Shown piece after piece: positions 1-9,575 of a stretch of DNA of 64,000 nt. Origin of the DNA: Deltaproteobacteria bacterium (GTDB taxonomy: Bacteria > Desulfobacterota > Desulfobulbia > Desulfobulbales > JAGXFP01); contig JAGVGT010000072.1 in the NCBI GenBank assembly GCA_020056965.1, forward strand, positions 6,197 through 70,196. The letters are read 5' to 3'. The stretch's first letter is position 1, and each line of letters begins with the position of its first letter. Position numbers and translations under genes: made by a program. A model generated the notes under the pieces. It saw only the letters and a list, made by a program, of their open reading frames with translations, was not told the origin of the DNA and made no database searches.

Positions 1-765
1 CTTGCCACCCTTGGGGCTAACGTGGAAATGGTTCTCCAGAAACCAGCCCCTTCAGAGATGGCTTGGAAAAACGCCACTAGAAAGTTGGTGATGTTGGGTG
101 CAAAGGTTATTGTGGCTTATGGGTCCGAGACTGCCCTGGTAGTAATTAAGGAAAATGCCGAAGTGCCGGTGGTTTACGCAGCTGCTTATGCCCCCGAGAA
201 ATGCGGAATTACCGGTAAGGTCACCGGGATGGGGGCCACAGTGCCGATGGAGGGGTTGATCGACAACCTGAAGAAGATCTCTAATTTTTCCAAGCTGGGG
301 ATTCTTTATTCCAGTGATGAGATCGGTTCAGTCAAACAGATGGAGGCGGCGGAGGCCATTGCTTTGGTGAAGGGCGCCAAGGTCATCAGGATTGATACCA
401 AGGGTTCCGAAAACTATGACTTGGGTGGCGCCGATGCAGTGTTGTTCACTTCCTCGGCGTCCATAAATCAGAGTGAGAACCTCGAGGCCATTCTGAGTAA
501 AGCTCGCACTGGTAGGGTAGCGACGGCCTCGGTTTTCTGTGCATCTTGTCAGAATGGAGTTTTGATATCCCTTTCCGCTAACCCGATTCAGCAAGGGAAG
601 GGGGCGGCCCGAATGGTCGCGGAAATTCTAAAGGGCAGAAACCCTAAGGACATTCCCCCGGACAATGCCCCGGAGGTTGAGACAACGGTAAATTTGAAGG
701 AGGCCAAGGATCTTGGTTTCAGTATACCGTTTGAACTACTGGGTACCGCCAAGGTAGTGAAATAA
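1..765 (+). CDS. ABC-transporter periplasmic substrate-binding protein (ABC_sub_bind/BMP-like family), 5'-truncated by window edge
   Basis: The frame is open from nt 1 into ORF 22..765. The C-terminal pattern 'GRNPKDIPPDNAPEVETTVNLKEAKDLGFSIPFELLGTAKVV' is typical of this SBP family. Confidence 0.6.
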   Translation, partial: LATLGANVEMVLQKPAPSEMAWKNATRKLVMLGAKVIVAYGSETALVVIKENAEVPVVYAAAYAPEKCGITGKVTGMGATVPMEGLIDNLKKISNFSKLGILYSSDEIGSVKQMEAAEAIALVKGAKVIRIDTKGSENYDLGGADAVLFTSSASINQSENLEAILSKARTGRVATASVFCASCQNGVLISLSANPIQQGKGAARMVAEILKGRNPKDIPPDNAPEVETTVNLKEAKDLGFSIPFELLGTAKVVK

Positions 766-793
766 AATCGACATGAATTCAGGAGGAGTCAAC

Positions 794-1366
794 GTGAAAA
801 AAATATTCTTACTGACCACGATGATGCTGGTTTGGAGCGGCTCGGTTGTCGCTGGTGAACTGAAAGTCGCGGTCCCAGTTGATGAGTTTAAACAAATTAA
901 ATCACGGCTGGAGGCCCTGGAAAAAGAGAATAGCCAATTAAAGAAGGGTTCCGGCCCGGATGGGTCCATCATGGGCAGTCCTGGTAGCCCTGAGATGGAG
1001 GGGCGTTTGCAGGCGACGGAAAATGAAAACAGCCGACTCCGGCAGGAACTTAATGCCCTGAAGAGCCAGGAGCGCTCGACTTCATCGAATATGGAAATTC
1101 AGGCCAAGCTCGATACGGTTGAAAAAGAAAACCGTCAGCTTAAGGAAGCACAGGCTCGGCAAAGTGAGAAAAGCCCTGTTCTTGAAGATGCGAGTTTGGC
1201 TACCAAATTAAATGTCGTCGAAAATGAAAACAGCAAATTGCAGCAGGAAATTAAGGCGCTGAAGGATGGCGGTTTTGCAGCGGTTTTCGCGGAGAACAAA
1301 ATATCAGCACGTGAGTTATATTTTCTCGAGAGAAAAAAAGGAATCAACCACGCATTTAAGTTCTGA
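794..1366 (+). CDS. Secreted coiled-coil repeat protein (hypothetical)
   Basis: AGGAGG at 781-786 lies 7 nt before GTG 794. The N-terminus 'VKKIFLLTTMMLVWSGSVVAG' looks like a signal peptide. There are four heptad-like repeats built on 'E(K/N)EN(S/R)xL'. ATG 773 is an alternative start. Confidence 0.6.
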   Translation: MKKIFLLTTMMLVWSGSVVAGELKVAVPVDEFKQIKSRLEALEKENSQLKKGSGPDGSIMGSPGSPEMEGRLQATENENSRLRQELNALKSQERSTSSNMEIQAKLDTVEKENRQLKEAQARQSEKSPVLEDASLATKLNVVENENSKLQQEIKALKDGGFAAVFAENKISARELYFLERKKGINHAFKF

Positions 1367-1581
1367 TGTTGGTGCTCAGTCTGAGTTCGATGGTTGTTGT
1401 TTTGGCGGCTGTCTTTTTTGTGCGACGGTGATAGGTTGTTGTATTCTATTGTCGTGAAACTACTTGATCTTGTTTTTACAAGCGATTCTCAATGATCTAC
1501 TGAACCGAATGAAGTACTTGAGGAAAGAGTTGTCGGTATTTGACTTATAAGTAACCGCACTTTCCTTAAATCTATAGTCGC

Positions 1582-3603
1582 CTAGTTGCTTGCCAAATCC
1601 TTTAGGCTCAGTTCGGCAAAACTGTTGCGGAGTTTCGCTGAAGCCGCATAGTATTCCTTGGCTTTTCCAACATCCCTTGCGACGCCGGTGCCGCTTTCGT
1701 ATAGGTACCCCAGCAGGAAGGCGGCTAAACCGTGACCGTTGCGGGTGGCTTCTTCCCAAAGCCTGATCGTCTCAGGGTAATTTTTCTCGGTGCCTCTTCC
1801 GAGGCATTTCAGCAGACCCAGGCGGTAGCGCGAGTCATTGTTTCCTTCCTTGGCACCTTTGGCGTACCATTTGGCCGCCGAATCGATATCCTTCTTAACT
1901 CCCTCGCCATTTTCGTAAGATAGCCCAAGAAAGAAGTAGGTGCCGGTGTTGCCCTGTTCAGCTGCCTTACCAAGCCAGCTGACAGCTTCATTAAAGTTCT
2001 GCGTTACACCTTCTCCGGAGCGGAACATAATGGCAATTCTAGACTGGGCCAGAGTATCTCCGGATTGGGCACCCTTTAAATACCATTTTGCCGCCTCCTG
2101 GGGGTTCTTGCTGGTTCCCCGGCCCAAGTCGTAGAGCTGCGCCAACTGGTAATAAACCCGATTATCTCCTTTCTGGGCCAGTGGGTGAAGCCATTTCAAG
2201 GCTTCCGTGTAGTCTGGGGGGGTATCGTTGCCGGACGTAAGAATAGTTGCCAATTTGTATTGGGCATCTGAATTACCCTGTTTGGCGGCTTGCTGATAAT
2301 ATTTAATGGCGTCAGGGATTGATTTTGTGAAGCCTTTCCCGGAGGCATAACATTCGGCGGTTTTGAATTGGGCCTCGATCTGACCCTGATTGGCGGCGTT
2401 TTTATACCATTCACAAGCCTTGGCTTGGTTTATTGGCACCCCGACACCTTCTTCGTAAAGCTTGGCCAGACTCAACTGAGCCTGGAGATCGCCGGATTCG
2501 GCGGATTTAGACGCCAGACTCAATTTGGCTTGTGGATTGCCCTGGGCAGCGGCCAGGCCCCACAGCCGAAGGGCCTCGTCGGTGTTTTTTGTTACGCCAT
2601 CATCACCGGTGGAATATAGGGTGCCAAGTTCACACTGGGCCTCGTCGTTACCCTTTTCAGCGGCCTGTTTGAACCATTTGAGAGCATCATCCGGATTCTT
2701 GGGGACACCATCGCCGGTCTGGTACATTTTCCCCATCAGATAGGTCGCTTCCGAATCGCCGCTGGAAAGGGCTTTGCTGAACTCATATTGGCCATCGACA
2801 TTGCCTTTCCGGGCCGCCATTTGATAGTATTTTACGGCCCTGGCCGGGTCACGCTGGACATCTCGACCCTCCTCATAGCGTTTGCCCATCTGGTATTGGG
2901 CATTAGGGTCTCCAGACTCAGCCGATTTGATGAGCGAGCTGATCGCATCTCGGCCAGAAGAACCGTTCGGAGCGGCAGTTGGTGAAGCAATCGCGGTCTG
3001 AGTTGAAGTTGAAGGGGTGGCCGTTGGGGCCCCCGGAATGGTTTCAACAAAGACGTTAAATCTTTTGCCGAGGGTTTCTCGCGCTTTGGGGTGGCCTTGG
3101 GCCGCCGCCATCCGCAGAAGTTTTTCTGCCTCGATATTGTCCTGGGATACCCGATCGCCATTGGCATATAGAGTGCCCAAGCGAAACTGGGCTTCGGCAT
3201 GGCCGCTGGCGGCGGATTGTTTGAACCATTTGACCGCAATTGCCGGGTCTTTCTGAACACCGTCACCGCTTTGGTACATTTCGCCCATCAAGAAACTTGC
3301 TTCTGGGTGGCCGTTGGACAAGGCCTTGCCGAATTCGTACTGGGCCTCGATATTCCCCTGCCGAGCCGAGGCCCTGTATAACCTGATCGCCTTGGCAATG
3401 TCTGGTGAAACGCCTTTGCCTTCTTCGTAGATTTTCCCTAGTTCATATTGGGCGTTGGCGTCTCCATTGTCCGCCGCCCTAATAATTGTCTGAATTTGGT
3501 CAGCAGCCTGAATAAGGCTGGGGTGGAACAGCAGCATAAGCGTCATGCCCAGGCCGAGGACAACGGTCACAGGTAAGGATCTGGGGGCGGATATTCTTAG
3601 CAT
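1582..3603 (-). CDS. Sel1-like repeat (SLR, TPR-family) protein, secreted
   Basis: 673-aa ORF with an N-terminal hydrophobic signal. It has many iterations of 'A..WY.KAA.QG...AQ..LG..Y..G.GV..D', split by a Pro/Thr/Ser linker. Confidence 0.85.
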   Translation of the reverse strand: MLRISAPRSLPVTVVLGLGMTLMLLFHPSLIQAADQIQTIIRAADNGDANAQYELGKIYEEGKGVSPDIAKAIRLYRASARQGNIEAQYEFGKALSNGHPEASFLMGEMYQSGDGVQKDPAIAVKWFKQSAASGHAEAQFRLGTLYANGDRVSQDNIEAEKLLRMAAAQGHPKARETLGKRFNVFVETIPGAPTATPSTSTQTAIASPTAAPNGSSGRDAISSLIKSAESGDPNAQYQMGKRYEEGRDVQRDPARAVKYYQMAARKGNVDGQYEFSKALSSGDSEATYLMGKMYQTGDGVPKNPDDALKWFKQAAEKGNDEAQCELGTLYSTGDDGVTKNTDEALRLWGLAAAQGNPQAKLSLASKSAESGDLQAQLSLAKLYEEGVGVPINQAKACEWYKNAANQGQIEAQFKTAECYASGKGFTKSIPDAIKYYQQAAKQGNSDAQYKLATILTSGNDTPPDYTEALKWLHPLAQKGDNRVYYQLAQLYDLGRGTSKNPQEAAKWYLKGAQSGDTLAQSRIAIMFRSGEGVTQNFNEAVSWLGKAAEQGNTGTYFFLGLSYENGEGVKKDIDSAAKWYAKGAKEGNNDSRYRLGLLKCLGRGTEKNYPETIRLWEEATRNGHGLAAFLLGYLYESGTGVARDVGKAKEYYAASAKLRNSFAELSLKDLASN

Positions 3604-3941
3604 ACGTAGGTCTCTTAAGAAATCAGATAAATGAAAGAAATATTTAATAACATCGGAAAGTTAACAAATTCCATAAAAAATCATCAATCGAGTCTAATCA
3701 TCGGTGAACTTTAAGATTTCTACTAAAAAAGGAAGCTAAGAAGATAATTAATTATTCCCGGTAGATGGGATGTGGCAATAACATAACATAATAGTCTGTA
3801 ATTGAAGAGGGTTCTTGTGTGGGGAATGATGTTTTTTCGAGATTATTCTTGGCCGGGAGCAATCGGGCGCGGTTGCTTTTGGGATGCAAGAATAAGGGGC
3901 AAGGGTTATAATCGCCGGGCTGGTTTGCCGGGGAATAAAAT

Positions 3942-5015
3942 ATGAACGAAAGAAAAAAGACAAGACAGATTAAAGTCGGCGCGGTTCCAGTTGGGGGTGA
4001 TGCCCCGGTGGTGGTGCAGTCCATGACCAACACCGATACCCGCGACGTTGCGGCCACGGTGGCACAGGTCAGTCGTCTGGAGGCGGCGGGCTGCGAGATC
4101 ATTCGGGTTGCTGTGCTGGACCTGGAGGCGGCTTTGGCCATCCGGGCCATCCGTGCGCAGATTCGCATTCCCCTGATCGCTGATATCCATTTCGATTCCC
4201 GTCTGGCTGTGGCCGCCATGGAAAACGGCGCCCAGGGCATTCGCATTAACCCGGGTAATATTGGTGGTCCGGACAAGCTGGCCCGGGTGGTAGCTGCCGC
4301 CAAGCAACACTCGGTGCCGATTCGGGTCGGGGTTAATTCCGGGTCGGTGGAAAAGGATATTCTGGCCCGCCATGGCCACCCAACCCCGGCGGCCCTGGTC
4401 GAAAGCGGTCTGCGCAATATTCGGCGATTGGAGGAGTTAGACTTTTATGAAATCAAGGTATCGCTCAAGTCATCCGATGTCCTGACCACCATCGAGTCCT
4501 ATCGACTGCTGGCCGGCCAATGCGAGTATCCTCTGCATCTGGGGGTCACCGAGGCGGGAGGGCTGATCGCCGGTACGGTCAAGAGCAGCGTCGCTCTGGG
4601 TATACTGCTCTCCGAGGGGATCGGCGATACCCTGCGCATTTCGTTGACCCGTGACCCGGTCGAGGAGATTCGGGTCGCCTATGAACTGCTGCGTGCTCTG
4701 CGGATCAGAGAGCGTGGGCCGGAACTGATCTCCTGCCCAACCTGTGGCCGCTGCCAAGTCGATCTCTTCTCTCTGGCCGAAAAGGTCGAACAGTACGTCC
4801 AGAACATTGAGGTGCCCCTGAAGATCGCGGTGATGGGCTGCGTGGTCAACGGCCCTGGCGAGGCCAAGGAGGCTGACCTGGGCGTGGCCGGCGGCCACGG
4901 CGTGGGGATTATCTTCAAGAAGGGCAAGCTGTACAAGAAAGTTCCCGAGGCCGAGTTGCTGGCAACCTTTCTGGCCGAACTGGACCGGCTGGTCGAAGAA
5001 AAACGCCGGGGCTAG
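3942..5015 (+). CDS. ispG: 4-hydroxy-3-methylbut-2-en-1-yl diphosphate synthase IspG/GcpE
   Basis: 357 aa. Motifs seen: 'VGGDAPVVVQSMTNT', 'RINPGNIG' and the Fe-S motif 'SCPTCGRC'. Confidence 0.95.
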   Translation: MNERKKTRQIKVGAVPVGGDAPVVVQSMTNTDTRDVAATVAQVSRLEAAGCEIIRVAVLDLEAALAIRAIRAQIRIPLIADIHFDSRLAVAAMENGAQGIRINPGNIGGPDKLARVVAAAKQHSVPIRVGVNSGSVEKDILARHGHPTPAALVESGLRNIRRLEELDFYEIKVSLKSSDVLTTIESYRLLAGQCEYPLHLGVTEAGGLIAGTVKSSVALGILLSEGIGDTLRISLTRDPVEEIRVAYELLRALRIRERGPELISCPTCGRCQVDLFSLAEKVEQYVQNIEVPLKIAVMGCVVNGPGEAKEADLGVAGGHGVGIIFKKGKLYKKVPEAELLATFLAELDRLVEEKRRG

Positions 5016-5084
5016 GGCTTCTGGCGTTTCCGCGCTTCCCCTATTGGGAAGGATAAATAATCACAAAGATTTTTGGTGAGATGC

Positions 5085-6818
5085 ATGCGCTATTCGCAGA
5101 TGTTGTTGCCGACCCTGAAAGAAAATCCCTCTGAGGCGGAGGTGGCCAGTCATCGCCTGCTCCTGCGGGGCGGCTTCATTCGGAGATTGACCGCCGGAGT
5201 TTATGCCTATTTACCTTTGGGGCTGGCGACCATCCGTAAGGTCGAGCAAATCGTCCGGGAAGAGATGAACCGGGCCGGCGCCCAGGAGGTATTGTTGCCC
5301 ATTGTCCAGCCCGCCGATCTCTGGATCGAGTCGGGGCGCTGGACCAAATACGGGCCGGAGCTCCTGCGTTTCAAAGACCGCCATAATCGGGAAAGTTGTC
5401 TGGGGCCGACCCATGAAGAGGTCATCACCGATCTGGTCCGGATGAACGTCCATTCCTACCGAAATCTGCCTCTGAACCTCTACCAGATTCAGACCAAGTT
5501 CCGCGACGAGATCCGCCCCCGCTTCGGGCTGATGCGGGGCCGCGAGTTCATCATGAAGGATGGCTACAGTTTTGACCTGGCCGAGGAGGGCGCCAATCTC
5601 ACTTATCAGAAGATGTACGACGCCTACCACCGGATCTTCGCCCGCTGCGGCCTGGCCTTTCGGGCGGTGGAGGCGGACACCGGCACCATCGGCGGCAGTT
5701 TTTCCCATGAGTTCATGGTTCTGGCCGCCACCGGTGAGGATACCATCGTGATCTGCCGGGCTGCGGGCTGCGGTTATGCCGCCAACCTGGAAAAAGCCGC
5801 CGGACCGGCCTCGGAAGCGCCAAAGGAACCGGCAGATATGCTGCCCTTGGAGAAGGTGGAAACCCCCGGGCAGCGCAAGGTCGCGGCGGTGATCGCCTTT
5901 CTGGGAATTGCCCCAAGCCAGCTGGTCAAGACCATGGTCTACCTGGCCGATGGTAAACCGGTGGCAGTCTTGGTCCGCGGCGACCACGAGGTCCAGGATG
6001 TCAAGCTCAAGAATCTTCTGGGGGCGGTGGATGTGGTGTTGGCCGACGACCAGCAGATCTTCGAGGCCACCGGGGTTCCCAGTGGTTATCTGGGGCCGGT
6101 CGGGCTTAAAATTCTGGTGGTGGCCGACCGCGAGGTTGCGGTGATGCGCAATGTGGTGATCGGCGGTGGCGAGAAGAACTATCATTTCCGCAACGCCAAT
6201 CTGGAGCGCGATTTCCGGGTCGAGAAGTTCGCCGATCTTCGGCAGGTGACTGCTACCGACCGCTGTCCCTGTTGCGGCGGCGAACTGGAGTTTCCCAAAG
6301 GTATTGAGGTCGGCCACATCTTCAAGCTCGGTACCAGCTACAGTCAGGCCATGAAGGCCACCTACCTGGATAAGGACGGTCAGGAGAAATTCTTCGTCAT
6401 GGGCTGTTACGGCATTGGGGTGAGCCGGATCGTCGCCGCCGCCATCGAGCAGAACCACGACCAGGACGGCATCATCTTTCCCCTGCCTCTTGCCCCCTTC
6501 AAGGTGGTGGTGCTTAACCTCTCTCCCAATGATGAAAAGATCAGCGGGGCGGCCGAAGCGATCTATCAGGGGCTGCTGGCGGCCGGGACCGAGGTGCTGA
6601 TTGACGACCGCGATGAGCGGCCGGGCAGTAAATTTAAAGATGCCGATCTGGTGGGGATTCCCTTCCGGGTTACGGTCGGCAAGGGGTTCACCGCTGACGG
6701 CACCGTTGAAGTTCGCCGGCGCGCTGGTGCGACCGTTGCCGTTCCTCTGGCCGATACGGTGGCGCTGATCCTTGCGGAGATCGACCGCGAAATGTCGGCC
6801 TTGGCCGGCCAAAGTTGA
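5085..6818 (+). CDS. proS: Proline--tRNA ligase (bacterial type with editing insertion)
   Basis: 'MRYSQMLLPTLKENPSEAEVASHRLLLRGGFIR' is a canonical ProRS N-terminus. I prefer ATG 5085 over the GTG at 5073 in the ORF track. Confidence 0.95.
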   Translation: MRYSQMLLPTLKENPSEAEVASHRLLLRGGFIRRLTAGVYAYLPLGLATIRKVEQIVREEMNRAGAQEVLLPIVQPADLWIESGRWTKYGPELLRFKDRHNRESCLGPTHEEVITDLVRMNVHSYRNLPLNLYQIQTKFRDEIRPRFGLMRGREFIMKDGYSFDLAEEGANLTYQKMYDAYHRIFARCGLAFRAVEADTGTIGGSFSHEFMVLAATGEDTIVICRAAGCGYAANLEKAAGPASEAPKEPADMLPLEKVETPGQRKVAAVIAFLGIAPSQLVKTMVYLADGKPVAVLVRGDHEVQDVKLKNLLGAVDVVLADDQQIFEATGVPSGYLGPVGLKILVVADREVAVMRNVVIGGGEKNYHFRNANLERDFRVEKFADLRQVTATDRCPCCGGELEFPKGIEVGHIFKLGTSYSQAMKATYLDKDGQEKFFVMGCYGIGVSRIVAAAIEQNHDQDGIIFPLPLAPFKVVVLNLSPNDEKISGAAEAIYQGLLAAGTEVLIDDRDERPGSKFKDADLVGIPFRVTVGKGFTADGTVEVRRRAGATVAVPLADTVALILAEIDREMSALAGQS

Positions 6819-6836
6819 CCAGGGGGTTGCCCAATC

Positions 6837-9029
6837 GTGCCGGTTTGTGAAGAGTTAATCGAGAAGGCTGCGGTTTATCTACCCGAAGGAGATCTCGCCG
6901 TCCTGCGGGAGGCCTGTGCCTTTGCCGGGCGGATCTATACCGGGCGCCACCGTCTGTCCGGCATGCCCTACCTGGCCCATGCCCAGGCGGTGGCCGAAAT
7001 TCTGGCCAAATTGAAGCTGGACTTGCCAACCGTCACGGCCGGCCTGCTGCACGGCGCCCTGAAAGAACCGGCCTCGGTGCCGGAAGAGGAACTGGCCAAG
7101 AAGTTCGGGGCCGAAGTCACCACCATCGTGAAGGGTGTGACCAAGATCACCAGTGTTCACTTCGACAGTCGCCTGGCCTTCCAGGCCGAGAATATCCGTC
7201 GGATGTTTCTGGCCATGTCCGAAGATGTCCGGGTGTTGATCCTCAAACTGGCCGACCGACTGCATGACATGCAGTCCCTGCAGCCAGTGAGTCCGGAAAA
7301 GCAACAGGAATTTGCCCGCGAGACCATGGATCTCTACGCCCCGCTGGCCAGTCGTCTTGGGATTGACTGGGTCAAGCGGGAACTTGAGGACCTTTCATTT
7401 CGCTATCTTTATCCCGACGCCTATCTGGATCTGGCCGGCCGGATCAGCACCTCCCTGGGGGACCGCGAACGCTACGTCGAGGAGGTCAAGGAGATCCTTT
7501 CCGCCAAGCTTCGGGAACAGAACATCTCAGTGTTCCGCATTCTCGGCCGTCCCAAGCACCTGTATAGCATCTATAAAAAGCTTCAGGCCCAGAACATTCC
7601 CTTGGAAAAGGTCTACGACAAGGTGGCCTTCCGGATTATCCTCAAGTCGGTGCGCGAGTGTTACGAGGTGCTGGGACTGCTGCACGATCTTTGGCCCCCG
7701 GTTTCCGGCCGTTTCAAGGATTTTATCGGGACCCCCAAATCCAACCTGTATCAGTCGTTGCATACCACGGTGGTCGGTCCCTACGGTGAGTTTATGGAGG
7801 TCCAGATTCGCACCGAGGAAATGGACCGGATCGCCAACGATGGGATCGCCGCCCACTGGGCCTATAAGGAAGGCAAGACCATCACCAGCCGGGACGCCAA
7901 ACTTTTCCAGGGCTTGAAGCATCTGGTCCAGTCCCTGCAGGATCTTCAAGAGGTCCAGGACCCCGGGGAGTTCATGGAGGCGGTGGTGGATGAACTTCGG
8001 GAGGCGGAGGTTTACGCGCTGACCCCCACCGGAGAAGTCAAGGAGTTGCCCGGTGGCAGCACCCCTCTCGATTTCGCTTACGCCATTCATACTCAGGTTG
8101 GGGATCATTGCGCCGGTGCCAAGGTCAACGGCCGGATCGTCCCGCTTAAGCAGTTGTTGAGCAACGGCGATATGGTGGAGATCATTACCTCACCGACCCA
8201 GAGGCCGAACCGGGGCTGGTTGGCCATGGTCAAGACCAGTCGGGCTCGGGGGCGGATTCGGCACTGGCTTAAGAAGGACGAGTTGGAACGGGCCCTCAAG
8301 CTCGGCCGGGAAATCTGTGAGCGGGAACTGCACAAGCGTGAGCTGAGCCTGAAGAAGTTGACTAAAAGCGGCCATCTGCGGGAAACGCTCAAGGCCTTTG
8401 CGGTCAATAACCTTGACGAGTTGTTGCGGCAGGTTGGTTCAGGCAAGGTGACGGTAGAGGCCATTGCCGAAAAGATGCTGCCCGTCGAATTGCGGCGGGT
8501 TGAGCCGACGCTGCCGGCCGAAGAAGATGTGGCGGAATGGCGGGCCGAGACCAAGCAGAAGGTCTCGAAGGCGCCCCGGCAGTCCAGCGGGGGCGGGCCG
8601 GTTCTGGTCGATGGCTCGGATGATCTTCTGATCAGGATCAGCCGGTGCTGCACACCTCTGCCTGGCGATCCCATTGTCGGCTACATCTCGTCCGGTCGGG
8701 GGATTTCAGTCCACAAAAGGGGATGCCCAAACTATCTGGCCACCGATCCGGAGAGACGTATCGAGGTGGATTGGGCGTCCTCCTTGGCAGGGGCGGGGCA
8801 TCAGGCCCAGATCTTAGTGGTGGCACTTGACCAGAAAGGGCTCATTGCTGAGCTCGGCAGCCGGATCAGTTCGGCCGATGCCGACATTGTCAGCATGGCG
8901 GCCAGGACTTCCGTCGAGAATCTGGCTATTGTGAATCTGGTGTTGGGGGTGAAGAGTCTGGCCCACCTGGAGAAGGTGCTGCTGCAACTGCAACAGATCA
9001 ATGGGGTGTTGGAGGCCAGCCGCAAATAG
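6837..9029 (+). CDS. rel: Bifunctional (p)ppGpp synthetase/hydrolase, RelA/SpoT family
   Basis: 730 aa with a GTG start. It has an HD hydrolase region, the synthetase motif 'YQSLHTTV', and C-terminal TGS and ACT-like regions. Confidence 0.93.
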   Translation: MPVCEELIEKAAVYLPEGDLAVLREACAFAGRIYTGRHRLSGMPYLAHAQAVAEILAKLKLDLPTVTAGLLHGALKEPASVPEEELAKKFGAEVTTIVKGVTKITSVHFDSRLAFQAENIRRMFLAMSEDVRVLILKLADRLHDMQSLQPVSPEKQQEFARETMDLYAPLASRLGIDWVKRELEDLSFRYLYPDAYLDLAGRISTSLGDRERYVEEVKEILSAKLREQNISVFRILGRPKHLYSIYKKLQAQNIPLEKVYDKVAFRIILKSVRECYEVLGLLHDLWPPVSGRFKDFIGTPKSNLYQSLHTTVVGPYGEFMEVQIRTEEMDRIANDGIAAHWAYKEGKTITSRDAKLFQGLKHLVQSLQDLQEVQDPGEFMEAVVDELREAEVYALTPTGEVKELPGGSTPLDFAYAIHTQVGDHCAGAKVNGRIVPLKQLLSNGDMVEIITSPTQRPNRGWLAMVKTSRARGRIRHWLKKDELERALKLGREICERELHKRELSLKKLTKSGHLRETLKAFAVNNLDELLRQVGSGKVTVEAIAEKMLPVELRRVEPTLPAEEDVAEWRAETKQKVSKAPRQSSGGGPVLVDGSDDLLIRISRCCTPLPGDPIVGYISSGRGISVHKRGCPNYLATDPERRIEVDWASSLAGAGHQAQILVVALDQKGLIAELGSRISSADADIVSMAARTSVENLAIVNLVLGVKSLAHLEKVLLQLQQINGVLEASRK

Positions 9030-9071
9030 CGTGGGAATAAACCGAAAGAATGAAGGCAGGGTCACAAAAAA

Positions 9072-9106
9072 AAACGGGTACCAGCCGTTAAGCCGGTGCC
9101 CGTTTC
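9072..9106 (-). terminator. Rho-independent terminator for rpmB, possibly also serving rel
   Basis: Stem 'acgggtacc'/'ggtgcccgt'. An A9 run on the + strand gives a U-run after the stem on the minus strand. Confidence 0.7.
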
Positions 9107-9131
9107 TTGGGGTCTGAAAATTATTAAGTAA

Positions 9132-9341
9132 TCAGGCCTGCTTCGGATTGGCGACCGGTTTAACTACCGCGCCGGACCGGATACAGCGGGTGCAGACCTG
9201 CAGTTGCCGGTTGCCGGTGGGGCTTGCCACTCGGACGTTCTGCAGGTTCGGCAACCAGCGGCGCCTGGACTTATTGTGGGCGTGGCTGACGTTGTTGCCG
9301 GTGATCGGTTTCTTGCCGCAAACTTCACAAATATTAGCCAT
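9132..9341 (-). CDS. rpmB: 50S ribosomal protein L28
   Basis: '[34 protein letters not shown]' is the L28 signature. Confidence 0.95.
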   Translation of the reverse strand: MANICEVCGKKPITGNNVSHAHNKSRRRWLPNLQNVRVASPTGNRQLQVCTRCIRSGAVVKPVANPKQA

Positions 9342-9575
9342 GGTATTAACTCCTTGATCCTGTTTTTGAGAGGGGAACTTATAACGCGTCCGGACCAGGA
9401 TGGCAAGAATTTTGTCCGTACAACGGCGAGAATTTTTGAATCGGCTCCTTTGGTCAGTGGTGGCGCTCCTTCTGGGGTTCTAAATAATTGACACGGGGGG
9501 GAGGGAATGGTAGATTTCTCAACCATTTTAACTTGATAACGGTAGCCTTTCTGTCCCCCTCAACCAGAGTTGAAT

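Noticed and set aside
5211-6812. A 533-aa ORF antisense to proS. Similar long antisense or shadow ORFs occur elsewhere, e.g. 34484-35563, 57025-57906, 50650-51432, 53754-54485, 54762-55469, 39806-40690, 13402-14244, 62091-62738 and 3752-4417.
   Set aside because: Each lies fully inside a confidently identified gene on the opposite strand. Their translations are Gly/Arg/Pro/His-rich low-complexity sequence, typical of stop-codon-poor frames in GC-rich DNA. None shows a recognisable motif.
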